Position numbers and translations under genes: made by a program. 20,000 nt of DNA from an uncultured virus (IMG/VR IMGVR_UViG_3300044724_001447) (lineage: Duplodnaviria > Heunggongvirae > Uroviricota > Caudoviricetes), in the IMG/VR virus record IMGVR_UViG_3300044724_001447, one strand, 5' to 3'. The notes below the pieces were generated by a model that searched no databases, was not told the origin of the DNA, and saw nothing but the letters and a program-made list of their open reading frames with translations. This document shows positions 16,936 through 20,000 of the stretch, piece by piece. The first letter of the stretch is position 1; each line of letters opens with the position of its first letter.

Positions 16936-17553
16936 ATGGCACTACCTGCATCAGGGCAAATAAGTATTAATGATATATATACTGAAACAGGCAATGAAAA
17001 TGAATTGAATGCTTCGTTAAAAGATATATCTGATGGTACGTTTGTAACTATAAATACTGTTAATCCAGCAGCAAATAGACCAGACCAGTCTGCTCCGCAT
17101 GCAATGTCTGAGTTTTATAGTTATGACCACGACTTAACTTCTTCTTCTTGGGGAGGTAGTTGGAGTGCTGGTACTCAAAACATTGGTTCTAATCCAGGTA
17201 GTACAACCTACTACAATAGAAGTATTACTTTCACAGGATTTACTTCTGATGTAATAGATGTGTATTACACATTAAATAGTGGAGTAGTTAGAGGTGGCTT
17301 GTCTGTAGCAACGTCTACCTCAGCATTTCCAGATAATAGTGCTACATATAGAACTGTAAATAGTGGTACTGGTAGTTTTGGTACTGCTGTTAGTATTAAT
17401 GGTAGTGGTACATTGTATTGTAGATTTAAATATGTACAACATAGTTCATTACATGAAACAAGTAATAGAACAATTAAAATAGTAGCAGACGGAGAAACAA
17501 CGCCAGGGTTTGCTCAAATTAATTTTGATGATAGTGGCGGAGGATTTCCATAA
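16936..17553 (+). CDS. Putative fibre-tip adhesin
   Basis: MALPASGQISINDIYTE...PHAMSEFY N-terminal module, which I recall as typically encoded after S74 fibres, followed by an S/T/G-rich beta domain. Confidence 0.55.
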   Translation: MALPASGQISINDIYTETGNENELNASLKDISDGTFVTINTVNPAANRPDQSAPHAMSEFYSYDHDLTSSSWGGSWSAGTQNIGSNPGSTTYYNRSITFTGFTSDVIDVYYTLNSGVVRGGLSVATSTSAFPDNSATYRTVNSGTGSFGTAVSINGSGTLYCRFKYVQHSSLHETSNRTIKIVADGETTPGFAQINFDDSGGGFP

Positions 17554-17565
17554 TTTTTTATGGAA
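17546..17565. repeat. Perfect 8-bp inverted repeat over the adhesin stop codon
   Basis: TTCCATAA-TTTT-TTATGGAA, followed by TATGTTGTTTT; could be a weak terminator or a protein-binding site. Confidence 0.55.
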
Positions 17566-17594
17566 TATGTTGTTTTAACTTAATAAATTAAAGC

Positions 17595-17606
17595 ACTATT
17601 AATAGT
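17595..17606. promoter_or_regulatory. 12-bp palindrome, candidate operator
   Basis: ACTATTAATAGT lies 5 nt downstream of TAAATT (17584-17589) and just upstream of the AGGAG SD (17611-17615). Confidence 0.3.
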
Positions 17607-17621
17607 AATAAGGAGAATAAA

Positions 17622-17795
17622 ATGGCTAAAGAACAAAATACAGCAAAAGAAGTAGTTCAAGAACCTCTTGATTTGCAAGAACAATTAAAGGTAATTGAAG
17701 CTCAAATTGCTGAGTTACGTGGAACACATAACTATATAAATAGTCTTTTACAACAAGGCTTTACAGTTATTCCACCAGCTAAAGCTGAAAAGTAG
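17622..17795 (+). CDS. 57-aa hypothetical coiled-coil protein (not in ORF track)
   Basis: AAGGAG SD; MAKEQNTAKEVVQEPLDLQEQLKVIEAQIAELRGTHNYINSLLQQGFTVIPPAKAEK*. Confidence 0.8.
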   Translation: MAKEQNTAKEVVQEPLDLQEQLKVIEAQIAELRGTHNYINSLLQQGFTVIPPAKAEK

Positions 17796-17827
17796 AAAGG
17801 GAGGGGGAGAAATCCCCCTAACTTTAA
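17796..17827 (+). terminator. GC-rich hairpin with GAAA tetraloop, terminator-like
   Basis: AGGGGGA-GAAA-TCCCCCT (17802-17819), extendable by AAAG/CTTT; only a weak U-tract follows. Confidence 0.55.
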
Positions 17828-17849
17828 TTATAAATAATAGGGGAATAAA

Positions 17850-18146
17850 ATGGAAGTCGGTAAAGACACTAAATTTACACTATCTATAGAAACTGCAATC
17901 AGTATCATTGTAACTATTGGTATGATTATAGGTATGTGGTTTACTCTTCAAGCAGATATTGAAGAAGCTAAACTATTACCAGAACCAGAAGTATCACGTA
18001 TGGAGTATGATTTAAAAGACCAAATGATTCGTGAATCAATTTTGAATACTGAAGGTAAAGTAGATAAACTTGAAGAAAAGGTAGACGATATTAAAGAAGA
18101 TACTAAGATGATTCAAGAAACCCTGATAAACATGAATAATAACTAA
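17850..18146 (+). CDS. Single-pass membrane protein with C-terminal coiled coil
   Basis: Hydrophobic AISIIVTIGMIIGMWFTL, then heptads (VDKLEEKVDDIKED); possible lysis or envelope accessory protein. Confidence 0.65.
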   Translation: MEVGKDTKFTLSIETAISIIVTIGMIIGMWFTLQADIEEAKLLPEPEVSRMEYDLKDQMIRESILNTEGKVDKLEEKVDDIKEDTKMIQETLINMNNN

Positions 18147-18158
18147 TGAGGTTTACAG

Positions 18159-18542
18159 ATGAACAACAAATTTATATCATACTTGGTATTAACTTTTTGC
18201 TCGTTGCTATCTTGGCTGCACTCACAATCAGTCAACTTAGATAGCTTTGAAGAAATACAAGCGCTAAATATACAAAAATGCGCAGTAGTGCAAGTTAATG
18301 CAGGATGGAATTATCAAAATAGAGTGAAGGTAGAAAAACTATCAAACTTATGTTATATAGGCGAAATAGATTTAACTAATAAAACTGTAGGTGCGGTAAT
18401 ACAAAAAGAATGGAATATTAAGGTTGTTCCTACTATTATTATTTTTAAAGAAGGAAAAGAAATTGAAAGATATGAACCTGGTATTAGTATGAGGTTTGAC
18501 GAGAAAGAGGTATTTGATAAGATTAAAAAGGAAATTCAATAG
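18159..18542 (+). CDS. Signal-peptide-bearing thioredoxin-fold protein lacking CXXC
   Basis: VVQVNAGWN replaces V.F.A.WCxxC; cis-Pro loop WNIKVVPTIIIFKEGKEIER; N-terminal basic plus hydrophobic leader; GAGGT SD. Confidence 0.72.
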   Translation: MNNKFISYLVLTFCSLLSWLHSQSVNLDSFEEIQALNIQKCAVVQVNAGWNYQNRVKVEKLSNLCYIGEIDLTNKTVGAVIQKEWNIKVVPTIIIFKEGKEIERYEPGISMRFDEKEVFDKIKKEIQ

Positions 18543-18550
18543 GAGATAAT

Positions 18551-18703
18551 ATGAATATTGTAGTTAGTAAATTACTTACAAGCCTTTTAAGTGAAAAGAT
18601 TCTGAAAGCTGTATTATTAAAACTTGGTGATTATTTTATTGCTAAGTCTGATAATAAACTAGACGATGAAATTTGGGCTGAAGTTAAAAAAGCATTGAAA
18701 TAG
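18551..18703 (+). CDS. 50-aa amphipathic protein with SDNKLDD motif (possible holin-like or membrane accessory; not in ORF track)
   Basis: AGGAG SD at 18541-18545; MNIVVSKLLTSLLSEKILKAVLLKLGDYFIAKSDNKLDDEIWAEVKKALK*. Confidence 0.75.
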   Translation: MNIVVSKLLTSLLSEKILKAVLLKLGDYFIAKSDNKLDDEIWAEVKKALK

Positions 18704-18708
18704 AGGGC

Positions 18709-18741
18709 ATGATGAATTGTGAATGTGGATGTGGATGCTAG
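18709..18741 (+). CDS. Putative Cys-rich micro-peptide MMNCECGCGC
   Basis: GAGGG at 18703-18707, tandem ATGs (18709 and 18712), four alternating Cys codons, TAG at 18739-18741; fills the intergenic gap almost exactly. Confidence 0.4.
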   Translation: MMNCECGCGC

Positions 18742-18744
18742 TCA

Positions 18745-20000
18745 ATGCCAAAAAAAGAGTATAAAATACTAGGGTTTCATGGTGGTATACATGATAACTC
18801 AGACTCAAAAGATATACGTGATATAGATTTACGTGAAGCTGATGGTGTATCTACACATAAAATAGGTAGACTAGTAGGATTAGGAAATAAAGGTAGTGCT
18901 ATTACAAGTGGTGCTACCGCTGATGTAGAACCTGGATATGGATTACATTATTTTTCTGTAGACTATGACCATACTAATGCTAATAACCCAGATGATTACT
19001 TAGCTATATATGATAAAGCGAACACTAAAGTTCGTTTTTACTATAGAGATAAAGATGGTTCTAGTCCTAGTTTTTTATCTGATGAAGTAACGTTTGGTGG
19101 TGCTATAAAACCTAACTATTATTATGGTGATGGTTTATTACGTATCGGAGATGCTTCTTTTAGTCAAGATAGTAAATGGTTTGGATATATAGACCAGTCA
19201 TTATTTTGGACTGATGATACAGGAAATACTTCTAACTTACACGATATAACTAAATGGGATAGTGGAGACCAAGAGCTTAGTCCTATTACATTAGGTGAAA
19301 TAAAACTTGTAGATATGTCCGAAGATAATCCAAATGCTACAGAAATAAGCAGTACAACTGGTAAATTAATACTAGGATATAAAACATACGAAGGCGGACA
19401 ATGGAGTGGTAATTATATTTTTGGCGCAACTCCTGTATTTATAGGAAATCAAGAAGGTGAAATATCTACTTTTTATCAAGATGTATTAACAAGGATTCCT
19501 CAATCTATTCCATTATATAATCAAGAAATAACATTTCAAGTATTTATAGGAGTAGGAACTGATACTTCAAAACCTACTTCATTATCAGGAAATAATGTAT
19601 TTGGAGATAATCGTATTATTGGATTGAATTTTTATTTTAAAGAACAAGCAACTGATGAATGGATATTTTTAATGCATACTGATTTACGTGAAGGCGGAAA
19701 AGATTATTGGTCTGTATATGACCCGCAAAACGAAACATTATATGGTAAATGGGATGGTAAAGTAACTCAAGATGTTAGTCTTAATACTATTGTAGCAGAT
19801 GGTGTAGATATTATGACAAATGCTACAACTTCTAATCACCATTTGAATTTTTCAGATAATAATGATGGAAGTGGAACTAATTGGGAAGATAGTAGTAATA
19901 CTGGTAAGAGTGATTTGACAGACCATGAAGGTCGTTCATATCAACCAGTATATTTGAAAGTCAGATTAAATAATGAAAATACAAATGGATTTGGTACAAC
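18745..20000 (+). CDS. Tail nozzle / stabilisation-like virion protein (3'-partial; not in ORF track)
   Basis: Frame checked manually as open from ATG 18745 to the window end (418 codons); starts MPKKEYKILGFHGGIHDNSDSKDIRD, an F.GG....D..DI pattern seen at the N-termini of podovirus nozzle proteins. Confidence 0.6.
   Translation, partial: MPKKEYKILGFHGGIHDNSDSKDIRDIDLREADGVSTHKIGRLVGLGNKGSAITSGATADVEPGYGLHYFSVDYDHTNANNPDDYLAIYDKANTKVRFYYRDKDGSSPSFLSDEVTFGGAIKPNYYYGDGLLRIGDASFSQDSKWFGYIDQSLFWTDDTGNTSNLHDITKWDSGDQELSPITLGEIKLVDMSEDNPNATEISSTTGKLILGYKTYEGGQWSGNYIFGATPVFIGNQEGEISTFYQDVLTRIPQSIPLYNQEITFQVFIGVGTDTSKPTSLSGNNVFGDNRIIGLNFYFKEQATDEWIFLMHTDLREGGKDYWSVYDPQNETLYGKWDGKVTQDVSLNTIVADGVDIMTNATTSNHHLNFSDNNDGSGTNWEDSSNTGKSDLTDHEGRSYQPVYLKVRLNNENTNGFGT

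Noticed and set aside
16936..17565. Diversity-generating retroelement target in the adhesin, with a hairpin at its 3' end
   Set aside because: No template repeat differing at adenines and no reverse transcriptase in this window; cannot be supported here.
18159..18230. Lipoprotein lipobox (o-spanin) in the thioredoxin-like protein
   Set aside because: LTFC is not a canonical [LVI][ASTVI][GAS]C lipobox, and the Cys lies within the hydrophobic stretch.
1..20000. CRISPR array, tRNA genes or stop-codon recoding
   Set aside because: No regularly spaced repeats or cloverleafs in the short intergenic gaps. Coding density is high under the standard code, and TAA, TAG and TGA all end genes.

Overview
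AT-rich window with all credible genes on the + strand, from the packaging and virion-structure region of a tailed dsDNA phage (podovirus-like layout, probably an uncultured aquatic phage). Gene order: partial metallophosphoesterase; four tiny, extremely basic ORFs (three missed by the ORF track); terminase large subunit; a peptidoglycan-binding-domain protein and an M15-type endolysin; portal; scaffold; major capsid protein (MCP); adaptor-like proteins (one apparently split in two); an RcGTA head-spike-base-like protein; a chain of fibre proteins ending in an S74-chaperoned fibre and a tip adhesin; small membrane or secreted proteins including a CXXC-less thioredoxin fold; a Cys-rich micro-ORF; and a partial tail nozzle-like gene. 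The most striking non-coding signal is a long + strand RNA hairpin right after the MCP stop. Its 18-nt loop displays ACCUCCUUUCU, matching the 16S rRNA anti-Shine-Dalgarno tail, and both its loop and 3' arm are complementary to the MCP's own ribosome-binding leader 1.6 kb upstream. GATC appears absent on manual reading. All family assignments come from motif recognition only; no searches were run.
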